A stretch of DNA of 64,000 nucleotides from an uncultured cyanobacterium (GCA_963749915.1 CAVVOP010000008.1:875651-939650), one strand, 5' to 3'; shown: positions 40,401 through 51,829, counted from the first letter of the stretch. Notes: generated by a model from the letters alone, not told the origin. Made by a program: numbers and translations.

Positions 40401-42619
40401 CACATAATAGCTTCACTAGGTGTTGGTTGTTTTCTAAAATCCCTAGCTACCTCAATCATCTTCTTTCTTAACGTCTCAGGAATCTCCCAATAATCTTGAC
40501 TACCGACTCCCCTCTCCTTTGATAGGAGAGGGGCTGGGGGTGAGGATGACATTCCCTTCTCCTTTGATAAGGTAGAGTTAAGAGTTGAAGCTGATTCCAA
40601 ACCATGATAATCCCACGCCTCCACCAAGTTGTCTGCCAACTGCCGACAGGCTTCCACTAAGAATGCCGCCGAACCCATTGCCAAATCACAAATCTTCAAT
40701 GATAAAATCTGCTCTGGAGTAGGATGTTCTCCCAACTGCTCAAAAATAGGTCTTAAAGTGTTTTCAACTATCGGCTGTGTTAACTTTCGGGGAGTGTAAT
40801 GAGAACCTGTGCGACGACGCTCTTCCCCCGGTTGTAAATACAAACTGCCTTTGGGCAAGAGATTAGGGGTTCGTTCTGATACTTTCCGATCTAATGCCGC
40901 CACGATTTCTTCAATGGTTTCTGCTGACTTAAGAGCCTTGAGACTGTTACCCTTAAGCTCGCATTCAGCCCAATCCTTAAGTAATTTGTCTCTATCACCT
41001 GCCTTCGCCTCTAATAAAGCCTGTACATCTACCACAACTGTTGTCGATATTTTTGAACCCTTGGGCTTACTTTTCACGCCAATAGAAGGATTAACCGCCA
41101 CTTCGACTTCGTAACCCATGATGGCTTCATAAACTGAACCGATTTGCTCTACATCCAAGGCTCGATAGGACAAACGCTCACCATCCAACATTAATAACTT
41201 ATCTAAGAGGCGATAAATTACCCCGTCAGAAATCCGAGGAATATTGGGTTGATAATTTTGGATTTTACTCCCTTCCACCCTCGTGGGGGAAGGGTTGGGG
41301 ATGGGGGGGTTCAATGTCTTATCTCCCTCACCCCTTGCCCCTCTCCCATCAAAGGCGAGGGGAATATTAGTTCTACCCTCAAGGAAGGGATATTCATCGG
41401 GGTCAAATAATTGTCCATGACGGGCGGGTAAATATTCTGGTAAAGCCCCACCGCCATCATAAACTAAACGGAAAAGACTTAAGATCCATGCCCAAGCTCC
41501 ATAACGCATATCCATTGTATCGGGATAGTTACTCATATCCTCTCGCAATCGCTCATATAAGCCTGAGACAGAGTAGTTTTGTTGATAAATAGCATCATCA
41601 GGCATTAAACCCTCATCTTCTGCGTAGAGAAGGAATACCAACCGCATCAGAGTTGTAATTAATCCTCCGTATATGTGCTTTGCTCCCTCTTTATATATTT
41701 CCTCCTTTTTAAGTGGAGTTAGAGGGGATTTATTCTCATCAAGGGCGAGATTACCCTCACCCCTTGCCCCTCTCCCATTAAGGGCGAGGGGAGCAAATAG
41801 TGAGCCATCACTAGCGGCATTAGCCGATTGAAAACCTCGTAATAATTCCCACAGGGCATCTAATACCTGATCTGCTAACTTCGTCGATACTTCCGCTTGA
41901 TAATCCCGACTGCTACTGAGAATTCTACCCAGACGGCGATCGCTTTGTACCTCAAATAATCGAGCCGAGCCAATTAACATCTGTAATGCACCCAGAATCG
42001 ATCGTCCTGCCACTTCTGTCATGGCTTGAACAGGAAAGGTTAAATGTCCCGAAGATTCGCCACGGGGTGCATAAACTAAGCGAATTTCCGTGCCATTAGT
42101 TAATAACCCGATGGGGATTTGAGTTTCTCGTAATAATCGTTCAAATTTTGCTTGAATAGTTGCCTTCCATCCGTTACCCTTCTCATTATCAGGAGGATAT
42201 ACCTCATCCAGAGATAAACCTGCCTCCACCGTTTTAACTAATAATACCCATTCCCCACCATCAGGATCTGCCACTCCATAAGTTGGCTTTAATATTTCGC
42301 CATAGTCAGGTAATGGTACTTCTAATTCTACAGGTAATGGTTTTTGTCCTGGAGTTCCCACCAAATCCTCTGGCAACCAATCCAAAACTTTTTCGGCGAA
42401 GATGGCAAAGTCTTCAATCCAGGGTTTACCTTCCTCTATTCTTCCTGTTACCGCAGATGTAGAGACTATTTCCGTCAATTTTTGTTGCACGGCGATCGCT
42501 TCGGAACGATTCACAAAGGCTTGATGCTTAACTAATGCCAGAGGAGATACCACTAATCCCACTGGCTGTAATAAACCAAGCCATTCTTTATGTTGCCAAA
42601 GTTCTGGATCTGTTTTCAT
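37446..42619 (-). CDS. drmMI: DISARM N6-adenine methyltransferase DrmMI with an in-frame DUF559 insertion; several frameshifts at ~38000-38420
   Basis: TGSHYTP, DLAMGSAAFL, YGVDKNP, IIGNPPF and IATNTIAQGDTR motifs. The C-terminus GLTDTYNRFH...RLLELNQQRAEEE lies in ORF 37446-37967. Confidence 0.9.
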
Positions 42620-42629
42620 CTCTTACCTC

Positions 42630-45600
42630 CTAACTGGATACTGGAATTAGATAAACTAAGCCCACAGGTTCAACTCGACTAGCCTTAACTTCATAGGCTG
42701 ATTGAATGCGTTGAGGTTCACTTTCCATTTCTTCCCGCAACTGCTCTACTCTAATTCGCCAATGACGACGATCTGCTTCTATCTGCCTCATTTCCTCGCT
42801 ATTAAACAAAGATAACTGGTAATTTGCATATTCTCCTTGTTGTTCCAAAATGCGTTTTCTTTGCTCCTCTAAAAGCTGTTTCATTTCCTTGGCTTCTTTT
42901 TCACCTCGTTCAAGTAATTTTCTTTCTGCTCTTTCTGTTAAAATCTCGGCTCTTTTTTGGAGAGGCGACAATAAATCCTCAACATCTCTAGGGGCGTATC
43001 CTTTATATCTTTCTAACAGCAATGGTTTTACTTCTCTTAATCGGGGAGTAGCCAAACAGCGATCTAATTCTGTGAGTATATCCGCTTTTTCTCCTTCATT
43101 TAATGAACGTAATTTACTATTACCTCTGATTTCAGGTTCTATCCACTCTGCGGCTGCCGTAACTATCTCATCATGTAAACGAGAAGCTCGATCGCCATAT
43201 AATGATAAACGTCCCAAAACGATCACCTTGGGAACAGGATCATCTGTATGACAAACACAAGCACGAGTCAATTCGTGATAGAGGAATCCTTGGGAAATAA
43301 ATCGCCCTAAGAGTCTTTGTACTAAACGATGCTCTAAGTGCAGATGAACCACTTTGCCATCTAATGTTCCGGGATCTTTGAATACCACAGGACGAATATC
43401 AGTTTCTTTACGCCACTCCCATAACTTCTGTTTTTTCTGACGGGGAGTTCTCAAAGTATCAAGAGTCGTTGCCCATGTAGGATCACTCCCTGTACGTTCA
43501 TTGAGGACAGGTATAACCCAACGAGCTTGATCTCCTTTGGTTACAACTTCTTTGGCATCTAAAGGCTCTAACGGCTCTACTCCGAGCATTTCTAATGACA
43601 CAGATAATGCTTCTCGAAAATGATTATCTTCTAATCCTAACCATGTTTTAGAATCCCTCAACATATTTTCGAGTTCGATTTGTTGTTGAGCTAACTTATC
43701 TTTACCCATGCGAATAGCTTCTAATTCTTCTTTAATAGTTGTGCCTTTGTTGGGTAAATGGTTATCCAATGGTGCTTCTCCCTTAATTTGTTCGATTAAT
43801 TGAGTCTCTTGATCGATGCTTATACCTTGATCCAGTAATTTAGAAACATTACGAGCAATCACAGGAGATAAACTACCTAATTCTTCCTGAATAGTATTGG
43901 TTTTTTTGATCAAAACATCTAAGACACGATCTTCTGAGCGTTGAGTAAGATGAAAATAATAACATCTCACTATTGGCGATCGCTGTAATTTACGGTCAAT
44001 TCTGCCATTACGTTGCTCCATACGACTGGGATTCCAAGGCACATCGAAGTGAAACAAATCGCTACAATAATTTTGTAAATTAACCCCTTCCCTTGCTGCA
44101 TCAGTAGCAATGAGAATTCTTAAGGGGTGATGTTGCGGATCTGCATTAAAAGCATTTTTGATCCTTTCTCGTTGTTCATCTCCCATTCCCCCTGTAAAGA
44201 CATCAATCCTTTCCTCTGCTAATTCCGAAAGGGCGATCGCTTGATTTAACTGTTCTTGTAGATAACGTTTTGTATCGATGTATTCAGTAAAAATTAAGAG
44301 ACGGTTATTATTCCATTTAGCCCCCTTGCTACTCAAATCAGAGCATTGATTTTCTTTAATCCAATCAATGAGTTTTTTAATTTTACTATCTGGCTGACCA
44401 CGATTCTCTTCGGCTATCTTTGTCATCTCTGCTAACAACTCAAGCTCTTTTTTCGTAATACTTTGCCCAGTAGATTGACTAGCCATTTCCATCTGCATAT
44501 CTTCTTCTGCTTCAACTTCCATCTCCGATAAATCTGCCCTATCATCGTCATTCCCCACAGATTCTTGTAAGAGCGAAAAATTTACACTGACTAACTCATC
44601 TTCTGCTTTCACTTCATGACTTTCAATTTGACGATCGATCCCTTGACTATGCACTCTTAGGGTACGAGCAAAGGCTTCAATGGAAGATAACAAACGTTTC
44701 TGCAGAGAAGTCATTACCAGCATGGCAGTAGCTTGTTTAGACTTAGCAACATCTTTGAGCCTTTCTTCCCGACAAGCCCGATACTCTTGTAATAAGCGAG
44801 ATAATTTTAACTCTGGGGCATCTTCATCTAAGCCAGCTATCACTATCGGCATAATTTGTCGTTGAGGAAAATCACTATCTCCAATTTCTCTCAAATCTTG
44901 TTTTAATCGCCTTACCATAACTGCATCGAGAATTTTCTTACTCTTGACAGGCACACCTCGACAGAAACGTTGAGGATCTAAGATTTCCAACAAAGCGGCA
45001 AAGCTATTAGAGTGACCATTATGGGGAGTAGCTGATAAGAATAACTTATGTTCAAATCGGGGAGCCAAATCTCTTACTGTGCGAGTTAATTGAGAATCGA
45101 TCCCATAGCGAGAAGCACCAGCAGGAGCGGCATTATGAGCCTCATCTAAGATAAACATTGAACCAGAACTAAAATCTCCCAACCAATCTCTTAGAGAAGC
45201 TGCATAAGTTTCATCCCTTAGCAAAGCATGGGAAATAATGAAACGAGAATGAGTTTTCCAAGGATTAATACCGTAGCCTCTCTCCCGACGCTTAGAAGAG
45301 ACAAAATCTCTGTCAAAAATCTGAAACAACAAACCGAAACGACTTTCCATCTCTTCTTGCCACTGTTTTACTACTGAAGGAGGACAGGAAATAACTACCC
45401 GTTTGATTTTCTGCCTCATGATCATCTCTCGCAGAATCAAACCAGCTTCGATCGTTTTTCCCAAGCCTACATCATCAGCTATAAACAAAGCTACTCTTGG
45501 TTGTAATAGAGCCTTGCGTAAAGGCTCTAACTGATAAGCCTTAACTTCAATTCCAGCACGATAGGGAGCTTGGAACAACTTGGGATTTGTTGAAGTAACA

Positions 45601-45890
45601 CAATTCCATTTCAAAGTATGAAAATAAGCAGAAAAATAGCGAGGATTATCAAATCCTTTTTGGGTTACAGAATCCCATGAAGAAGCCCCCACCAACCGAG
45701 CATCTATTTCTCTTTCCCAAAATACTTCCAGACTTTGTCCCTGAGCATCATCTTCCAAACAGGAAAGTCTAACGACGGTATCCCCACCACCGACATTAGG
45801 AAGGATTGATTCTTCCACTATGTATTGTCGGGAACGAATATGAACTATTTGCCCTGTTTCTAGTTTCATTAGCAGAGTGTTAATTTTCAA
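42630..45890 (-). CDS. drmD: DISARM SNF2-like helicase DrmD
   Basis: IADDVGLGKTIEAG, DEAH, LSATPHNG, ATDAAREGVNLQ and EQRNGRIDR; first gene of the operon. Confidence 0.92.
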   Translation of the reverse strand: MKINTLLMKLETGQIVHIRSRQYIVEESILPNVGGGDTVVRLSCLEDDAQGQSLEVFWEREIDARLVGASSWDSVTQKGFDNPRYFSAYFHTLKWNCVTSTNPKLFQAPYRAGIEVKAYQLEPLRKALLQPRVALFIADDVGLGKTIEAGLILREMIMRQKIKRVVISCPPSVVKQWQEEMESRFGLLFQIFDRDFVSSKRRERGYGINPWKTHSRFIISHALLRDETYAASLRDWLGDFSSGSMFILDEAHNAAPAGASRYGIDSQLTRTVRDLAPRFEHKLFLSATPHNGHSNSFAALLEILDPQRFCRGVPVKSKKILDAVMVRRLKQDLREIGDSDFPQRQIMPIVIAGLDEDAPELKLSRLLQEYRACREERLKDVAKSKQATAMLVMTSLQKRLLSSIEAFARTLRVHSQGIDRQIESHEVKAEDELVSVNFSLLQESVGNDDDRADLSEMEVEAEEDMQMEMASQSTGQSITKKELELLAEMTKIAEENRGQPDSKIKKLIDWIKENQCSDLSSKGAKWNNNRLLIFTEYIDTKRYLQEQLNQAIALSELAEERIDVFTGGMGDEQRERIKNAFNADPQHHPLRILIATDAAREGVNLQNYCSDLFHFDVPWNPSRMEQRNGRIDRKLQRSPIVRCYYFHLTQRSEDRVLDVLIKKTNTIQEELGSLSPVIARNVSKLLDQGISIDQETQLIEQIKGEAPLDNHLPNKGTTIKEELEAIRMGKDKLAQQQIELENMLRDSKTWLGLEDNHFREALSVSLEMLGVEPLEPLDAKEVVTKGDQARWVIPVLNERTGSDPTWATTLDTLRTPRQKKQKLWEWRKETDIRPVVFKDPGTLDGKVVHLHLEHRLVQRLLGRFISQGFLYHELTRACVCHTDDPVPKVIVLGRLSLYGDRASRLHDEIVTAAAEWIEPEIRGNSKLRSLNEGEKADILTELDRCLATPRLREVKPLLLERYKGYAPRDVEDLLSPLQKRAEILTERAERKLLERGEKEAKEMKQLLEEQRKRILEQQGEYANYQLSLFNSEEMRQIEADRRHWRIRVEQLREEMESEPQRIQSAYEVKASRVEPVGLVYLIPVSS

Positions 45891-46047
45891 TCACAGGTTA
45901 AATTATAAAAAAACCATCAACAGTACAAGTAACAATAGCAGTAGCAATGAGCCTAGTAGCGTTACTACCTAATAATCCAGCAATAGAGGTAACAATTCCA
46001 CTTTCTCTTTTTTTCTTCATTAACCACTTGATAACCAAAATATATTA

Positions 46048-46380
46048 TTAAAATCCCGATAATTTCTGTAGTTGTAACACAGGCTCTAAAGTATCAATAT
46101 TTACATCAGTTACTACCTCTTCTTCTCCAACCGCACACTTATAAACCATATAAGTCCAAATACCGGGATTACCCGCTTCCGCACTTTCAGCTTCATAAAA
46201 AGTAGTCGTGCCATCTTCTTCACATTCATAGTAAGCAGAATAGATATCTTCCCAATCACAATCTGAATCCTCTAAAGTTTCTCGAACTTCAGCTAATACA
46301 CCAGCAATATGATGTGGTTGAGTTTCTACTTGAACTAAACGTTCTTCTTCCCAAATGAAATTGTGTAACTCAAGAGCCAT
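46048..46380 (-). CDS. Highly acidic hypothetical protein
   Basis: 110 aa, very E/D-rich, AAGG RBS; directly upstream of drmD. Confidence 0.65.
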   Translation of the reverse strand: MALELHNFIWEEERLVQVETQPHHIAGVLAEVRETLEDSDCDWEDIYSAYYECEEDGTTTFYEAESAEAGNPGIWTYMVYKCAVGEEEVVTDVNIDTLEPVLQLQKLSGF

Positions 46381-46884
46381 AATAAATACCTTTTGTTAAT
46401 TAGTTTATTTTTTGTGCCAGTTGCTATATATCCTGCCCTACAATCAAAAGGAAAAACATCGGTATTTCCACTTAAAAAGTTTTGCAAATATCATCTAGCA
46501 ATAGTTTCAAGCTAGTTCTAACCCTAAATGATAGAATTAATTTCCCACTGGGTGTTTGAACAAGATATCTCAAAAGCGACCAGGCTTTGCCTGCCCCTGC
46601 GCGATCTGCGAAGCAGGCGTTTTCAGCGATCACAGGGTAGCTGTGCTACTGGTTCGCACTCTTATGGGGGCGTGCTACAGACGAAACCCCACAATCGCTA
46701 ACACAACAATCATTTCAGCTTCTGTCTGAGTGAACAAACCGCCCGTGCTGCCGCACCGGCTACAGGTGAATAGATGTCCGTGCTAAAGCACAGACAATAG
46801 CATTAAATATGGGGACGTGAACACAATTTCAGTAGATGGAAAAGTTTGGATTTAATGCGTGAATTAAAGTCGCCAACAGTATCC

Positions 46885-49005
46885 TTATCTCGGTTCTCCT
46901 CGATATACATTTAAAGTATCAATAGATAATTCAATAATTTTAGTTTGCAACACTTCAGGTTTATATACCTTAATGCTACCACCAAAGCCTAAAATCCATC
47001 GGAGTAAGTCATAATCCTGTAGTGACCACTCTGGTAAGGTCACTTGAAAACGATAAGGTCTTTTTATATCCTTACTTTTGTTGAGGGTAAATAATGATTG
47101 ATGATGACTTAAATTCGAGATTGATTTCGATGGTTTTGTCATCTTCATTCGTTGTGGAGGAAATCTTTTTGTACCTTCGGCGATAAAATTAAAAATATTT
47201 TCACTAAACCATAATTCAAGAGTTATTTCTACCGTTTTTTGTTCTTCTTTATTACTACTTAAAAAGGCTTTTTGTTTACTAGCATCGTTACCTAAAAATA
47301 TTCCTGCACTAGCAGATAGTAATTGACTTAGTTTTTTTAAGGCTTTTTCTTGTTCTTTTTTGCCTCTAGTTTCTGGTAATTCACTTTCTAAATATAAGCG
47401 ATCGAGTCTTTCTAAATGCACTAAACCATCTTGTTCTCCTCCGTAACATTCAAATGCTAAATACCATGCAAAATTATAAAAAGTTATTTGTAATAACCAT
47501 GCACAAAAAGCTCCTATTTCTTCCCCTTCATGAATGGGACGATTAGCAAATTTATTTAGTTTTACTAATTTTCTTTGTTCTATTATTTCCTCTATTCTAC
47601 TGGTTTGATGGCTTAATGTTCTTATATTTAATGAATCAATATCTACTATAGAATGATTAGCGATTGCTCTAACAGGATAGGTATAATGTTCATCAAAATT
47701 AGCCCATTTCATTTTAGTTTCAAATTTATTATATAAATCTAAAGCAAGGGGATCATCAAGATTTTTAGCTTGATTTTGTAATAACCGAAAAGTTTGGATT
47801 AATTCGTTTTCTGTGAAAATACCCGTACCGAAAAAATAACCGTTTCGCATAATATTATGGGGGAAAAGTTGATAAGGATTAAGGACTATTTCAATATCTT
47901 TTCTGAGCAAATCTCGTCTTGTTTTTAAATAACGTTCATGGCTATTTTCCCATTGGATTAATTCAAAAGCTAGATTGGTTAAATGACCACTAGGAATATT
48001 ATCCCATGGTAAACTTTCGTTATCTATTTTAGGAGAAAAAGGATAATAAGTAATAGTTTTAATAGTATTTAAAATGCGTTCAAAAGTATATTTGTCAGAA
48101 GCATAATGGGTAATAATAGGAGAAGAAGAATCTATAAAAACTTCATCAACAATAACCCTAAACTGTTCTAATTTAATCTCTTTTTTATGACTGTTTATTA
48201 AATTATGATTGCTCAAAAAGTTTATATCCTGTTGAATCAATATTTTATCAGCATAAATATTCCCTTTTAATTTTGCCATCATCGCCGTAATTTCTGATAA
48301 AGAATCATCAAAACTAATGGATTTACCAAAAATTCGCTTTAAAATATCAGGATTAGTAAACTGTAAATTACCTAAATCTGGATAGTTAATCAGCAAAGAA
48401 ATGAGGTGCATTAATCGCTCAAAATCTAATAACTTTGAATAAGAATGTAAAACTAAATTATCGTTTTTAGTACGGTTTTGTCGATTAATTAAACTACGAT
48501 TTAAACAATTAATTTTTTGCTTAATAAATTCTCTTTGATATTCCTGATAATTTTTGATTTTTTTTAGATCAATAAAACCCTCAGCTACATGGGGAGGAAA
48601 CTGTTTCAAGGATTGTGCCATATTATCAATAATCTCATCAGGTACTTGTTTTTCTCTTTGTCTATTCCATTGTTTACAAGTGCCTAAATCAATATTAAGA
48701 TACCATGCTAACCAGTCAATTTTACCGATGTTTCTTTCTAGTTTCTGTAGTAATTCCATCCGCCACGAGCGTTGAGCGTTGGTAGCATCATAAATAACAG
48801 GAGTATTAATGACCATCGCTTTTTCAATTTGATGAATAACTTCCGCTTCTATTTCTAACCAATTACCCTGTATAGTTTCATCTCCATAAAGTTGTTTTCT
48901 AATGGCATCGGTAGAAATTATTTGACAGTTATAAAGTTGGGCTAAAAGTTGAGCAAAAGTTGATTTACCAGCCCCCGGAATACCGATTAAAAAGTGACAT
49001 AGCAT
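46885..49005 (-). CDS. AAA_33 (P-loop kinase) plus WYL/WCX domain protein, CRISPR-associated regulator-like
   Basis: GIPGAGKST, DAIR and YDATN motifs; FYNFAWYLAFE...RLDRL; LLRWILGFGGSIKV. Confidence 0.85.
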   Translation of the reverse strand: MLCHFLIGIPGAGKSTFAQLLAQLYNCQIISTDAIRKQLYGDETIQGNWLEIEAEVIHQIEKAMVINTPVIYDATNAQRSWRMELLQKLERNIGKIDWLAWYLNIDLGTCKQWNRQREKQVPDEIIDNMAQSLKQFPPHVAEGFIDLKKIKNYQEYQREFIKQKINCLNRSLINRQNRTKNDNLVLHSYSKLLDFERLMHLISLLINYPDLGNLQFTNPDILKRIFGKSISFDDSLSEITAMMAKLKGNIYADKILIQQDINFLSNHNLINSHKKEIKLEQFRVIVDEVFIDSSSPIITHYASDKYTFERILNTIKTITYYPFSPKIDNESLPWDNIPSGHLTNLAFELIQWENSHERYLKTRRDLLRKDIEIVLNPYQLFPHNIMRNGYFFGTGIFTENELIQTFRLLQNQAKNLDDPLALDLYNKFETKMKWANFDEHYTYPVRAIANHSIVDIDSLNIRTLSHQTSRIEEIIEQRKLVKLNKFANRPIHEGEEIGAFCAWLLQITFYNFAWYLAFECYGGEQDGLVHLERLDRLYLESELPETRGKKEQEKALKKLSQLLSASAGIFLGNDASKQKAFLSSNKEEQKTVEITLELWFSENIFNFIAEGTKRFPPQRMKMTKPSKSISNLSHHQSLFTLNKSKDIKRPYRFQVTLPEWSLQDYDLLRWILGFGGSIKVYKPEVLQTKIIELSIDTLNVYRGEPR

Positions 49006-49011
49006 AAGTTA

Positions 49012-50274
49012 TTAATGTCTGTTGGAAAAGGTATTGAGATTATGCAAAATTATTCTATTTAAAGTATCAAAAGGATTTTTATCAGGCATTTTAGTTAATA
49101 GTTGTAAAATTTTAAACATCGACTTTTCCAATACTTCTGGATTATAAATATCATTAACCCCTGTTATTTCATGAATATATAAATGTCGATCTTGAACATA
49201 TCGATCGATAGATTTTATTTTATTTAATAAATCTTGCTCATCTTTTTTAATATCTGATACAAATCTCATCATTATGGGAATATTTAAGTGGCTGATATTA
49301 GAGTATTTTGTATTAATTTTTTCATATAGTTTACCTTGGTCAAATATTTTAATTTTATCAATAAGTTCTGTCTCAATATCCCTCCATTTTTTTTTAAAAG
49401 AGATAATTTTGGGAATAAATTTTTGTATTAATAAATATTTTAATAAATTTTCTTGAAAAGCAATTAACCACACCACAAAATCAGCATATTCTTTTTGTTG
49501 TAATTTTATACTAGCTTTAAAGTAAACTTCTTGAAGTAGAGAAAGTATCTGTTTTTGTCTTAACAAACCAAGCTCATTAGCTAAATTTTTCATCACCTTA
49601 TCTTGATGTTTATTCACCTGACTATAGGCTTGATTAAAATTGAAAGCTAGTCTTAATTTTCCGTAAATAATTGCATCTTCAATTTTAGAATGATATAGCA
49701 AACTTTTTTTAATAGTAAATAATGCACCACTATAATTGTAATTTTGTATTTGTTGAGAAATAACTTTTAAATCAATTTCTTTTTTTAGACTGTTTAAATT
49801 AGTAGTAAAAACACGTTTTTGATTGGTTCTAACTTGATCAGGATGACGTACCTGCCAGACATTGCTAAGAGGTGCATAACCAGCAGATTGTAAAATAGCC
49901 CAAGCTGATTTCATGATGGGAGTACCAGAGGAAGCATTTAAAGCTAATACATCCCCTTTCTGTTGTAATTTCTGAGCAAAATAAAGGGCTTTTTTTGCTT
50001 CTTGTATCGCTAAAGTTAAGTTAACAGGATCATCTGATAATTTATTATCAACAGGAATTAATGTTATTTTTTGACAAGTATAATTTTCTTCTATCCAATC
50101 TTTAGTTAATTCAGCTTCTGTTAATGTACCTTCTGTGTGCAATAAAATAGCATTTTTTATTATTTGATTTTCTGCGGATAATTCTTTAACTAAGGTAACA
50201 ATAGATCCTTCCTCTCTATTTTTCGATGAAAATGGGTCTTGTTTTCCCACAAAAGATAATAAGATGATAGCCAT
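49012..50274 (-). CDS. Csm6-like CARF-HEPN ribonuclease
   Basis: LLSFVGKQDP and NASSGTPIMK CARF motifs; C-terminal RHLYIH (RxxxxH). Confidence 0.75.
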   Translation of the reverse strand: MAIILLSFVGKQDPFSSKNREEGSIVTLVKELSAENQIIKNAILLHTEGTLTEAELTKDWIEENYTCQKITLIPVDNKLSDDPVNLTLAIQEAKKALYFAQKLQQKGDVLALNASSGTPIMKSAWAILQSAGYAPLSNVWQVRHPDQVRTNQKRVFTTNLNSLKKEIDLKVISQQIQNYNYSGALFTIKKSLLYHSKIEDAIIYGKLRLAFNFNQAYSQVNKHQDKVMKNLANELGLLRQKQILSLLQEVYFKASIKLQQKEYADFVVWLIAFQENLLKYLLIQKFIPKIISFKKKWRDIETELIDKIKIFDQGKLYEKINTKYSNISHLNIPIMMRFVSDIKKDEQDLLNKIKSIDRYVQDRHLYIHEITGVNDIYNPEVLEKSMFKILQLLTKMPDKNPFDTLNRIILHNLNTFSNRH

Positions 50275-50320
50275 TGTTTTTTTATTGATTTTTTAATAAT
50301 AAAAAAAAATAAAATATTAT

Positions 50321-51829
50321 TTAAATAAGGGAATCAGATAACTTCTTTAATTCATTCGTTAATTTTTCTCTGGTATAATCTAAGTTTATTAGTTTTATTG
50401 CTTGAAAAAAAGGTGTTTTTACTTGTTCATTATAAACTTTGGAAACATCATCTCCAGAAGCATTTTGATCAGCTAATAAATATTTAATAACGTCTTGTTT
50501 TTCTATTCCTCTTAAATTATGCATTAATTGATTTCTCAAGTCATATTCTCTATTACGAAAAGATTCACAAGACCATTTTAACAAAGCCCAAGGTTTTAAT
50601 GTTGGTTCTAATAACTCTAACCATTTTAACATTATATGATTTTTGTTAGTGTTATATAAGTCTTTATCTTGATTAATAGGATATGATTTATAGGGATAAA
50701 ATAATTGATTTAAAACTTCTTTTTTTGCTCCTATTGATTTGACGATATTAGTTAAAAATAAACCTTCATTATTCCATTGTAAACATTGAGAACCTAAGAA
50801 AGATTTTTGCTCACATTTGACAGTAATATTTTTGGTTTTTTCTAAAATTGCTATCTTCATAAATGTTTCCTGAGCTGAGGATAATAAAGTAATTCCTGCT
50901 AAAAAATTCTCTTGATTAAAAAAGATTCCGATTAAATCAAGAACATCTATAATTCTTTGAGTAGCTGATTCAATGGAAAAATCATTATCATTATTATTTT
51001 GTGTTCGATTAAGGTTGAAAAAATCAACAAAATATTGTAATTTATTAATAGTTTCTGGTTTGATGTTATCAATATTGTTTAATAGCTTCAGGGCAGCTCC
51101 GGGGGAATTAGTAACTAAACTTTTAGCTTGTTGTATTTTTAAACCTCTTAAATAACGAGAACTATCGATAAGTTCACAATAGTTTTGTTGTGATTCACTA
51201 CTAACTAAAAACTGAACTTTATCTCCAAATTTTGCCAGACTAATAAATTGTAAAGCAGAAGATAATGCAGGAGTCCCTGCTTGATGACTAATATATACTT
51301 TTTCTCGATCGAGGATGGTAATTTCTCCTAATTTTTTATTAACTAAATCTAAAGTGCTATCCCAAGAATCTAAACCTTTTGTATTAAGTGAAGATCTTAA
51401 AATAAGAGGTTTAATTTTGGTATTTGGAAATTTATTTTGCAGATATTTATTAATAATTGGTTCAACGGTACAAGTATCTTTCCAATAAGGACATTTAATC
51501 GAATAACGATCGCTATCATCAAATAAATTAGACTGATCAGAAAGTAAAATAATAATCTGATCTGGAATAATATTTTGCTGTAGTAAAAGCTCTGTAAAAG
51601 AGTCTAATAAAGGGAAATATAAATATTGATAGTAGTTATCTAAATCTTGAGTATAAGCTAATCCTACTGCCCTCGCCGGTACTGTCCATAAGTCTTCATT
51701 TTCTACTTTATTTGGTACAAAAGGGCAGTCATATAGTTGATTGTAAATATTCAATAGTAAATCATCCCAATGCTCATTTGTTTTGAGTTGAATGTCACTA
51801 TTTCCGATGGTTAAAATCCATGTAGTCAT
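50321..51829 (-). CDS. CARF-like plus HEPN effector
   Basis: TIGNSD and HQAGTPALSSAL; C-terminal RNQLMH (RxxxxH). Confidence 0.7.
   Translation of the reverse strand: MTTWILTIGNSDIQLKTNEHWDDLLLNIYNQLYDCPFVPNKVENEDLWTVPARAVGLAYTQDLDNYYQYLYFPLLDSFTELLLQQNIIPDQIIILLSDQSNLFDDSDRYSIKCPYWKDTCTVEPIINKYLQNKFPNTKIKPLILRSSLNTKGLDSWDSTLDLVNKKLGEITILDREKVYISHQAGTPALSSALQFISLAKFGDKVQFLVSSESQQNYCELIDSSRYLRGLKIQQAKSLVTNSPGAALKLLNNIDNIKPETINKLQYFVDFFNLNRTQNNNDNDFSIESATQRIIDVLDLIGIFFNQENFLAGITLLSSAQETFMKIAILEKTKNITVKCEQKSFLGSQCLQWNNEGLFLTNIVKSIGAKKEVLNQLFYPYKSYPINQDKDLYNTNKNHIMLKWLELLEPTLKPWALLKWSCESFRNREYDLRNQLMHNLRGIEKQDVIKYLLADQNASGDDVSKVYNEQVKTPFFQAIKLINLDYTREKLTNELKKLSDSLI

Noticed and set aside
46576..46830. 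Cas12k tracrRNA or TnpB omega-RNA
   Set aside because: The resemblance is only vague, and no cas12k, tns or tnpB gene is in the window.
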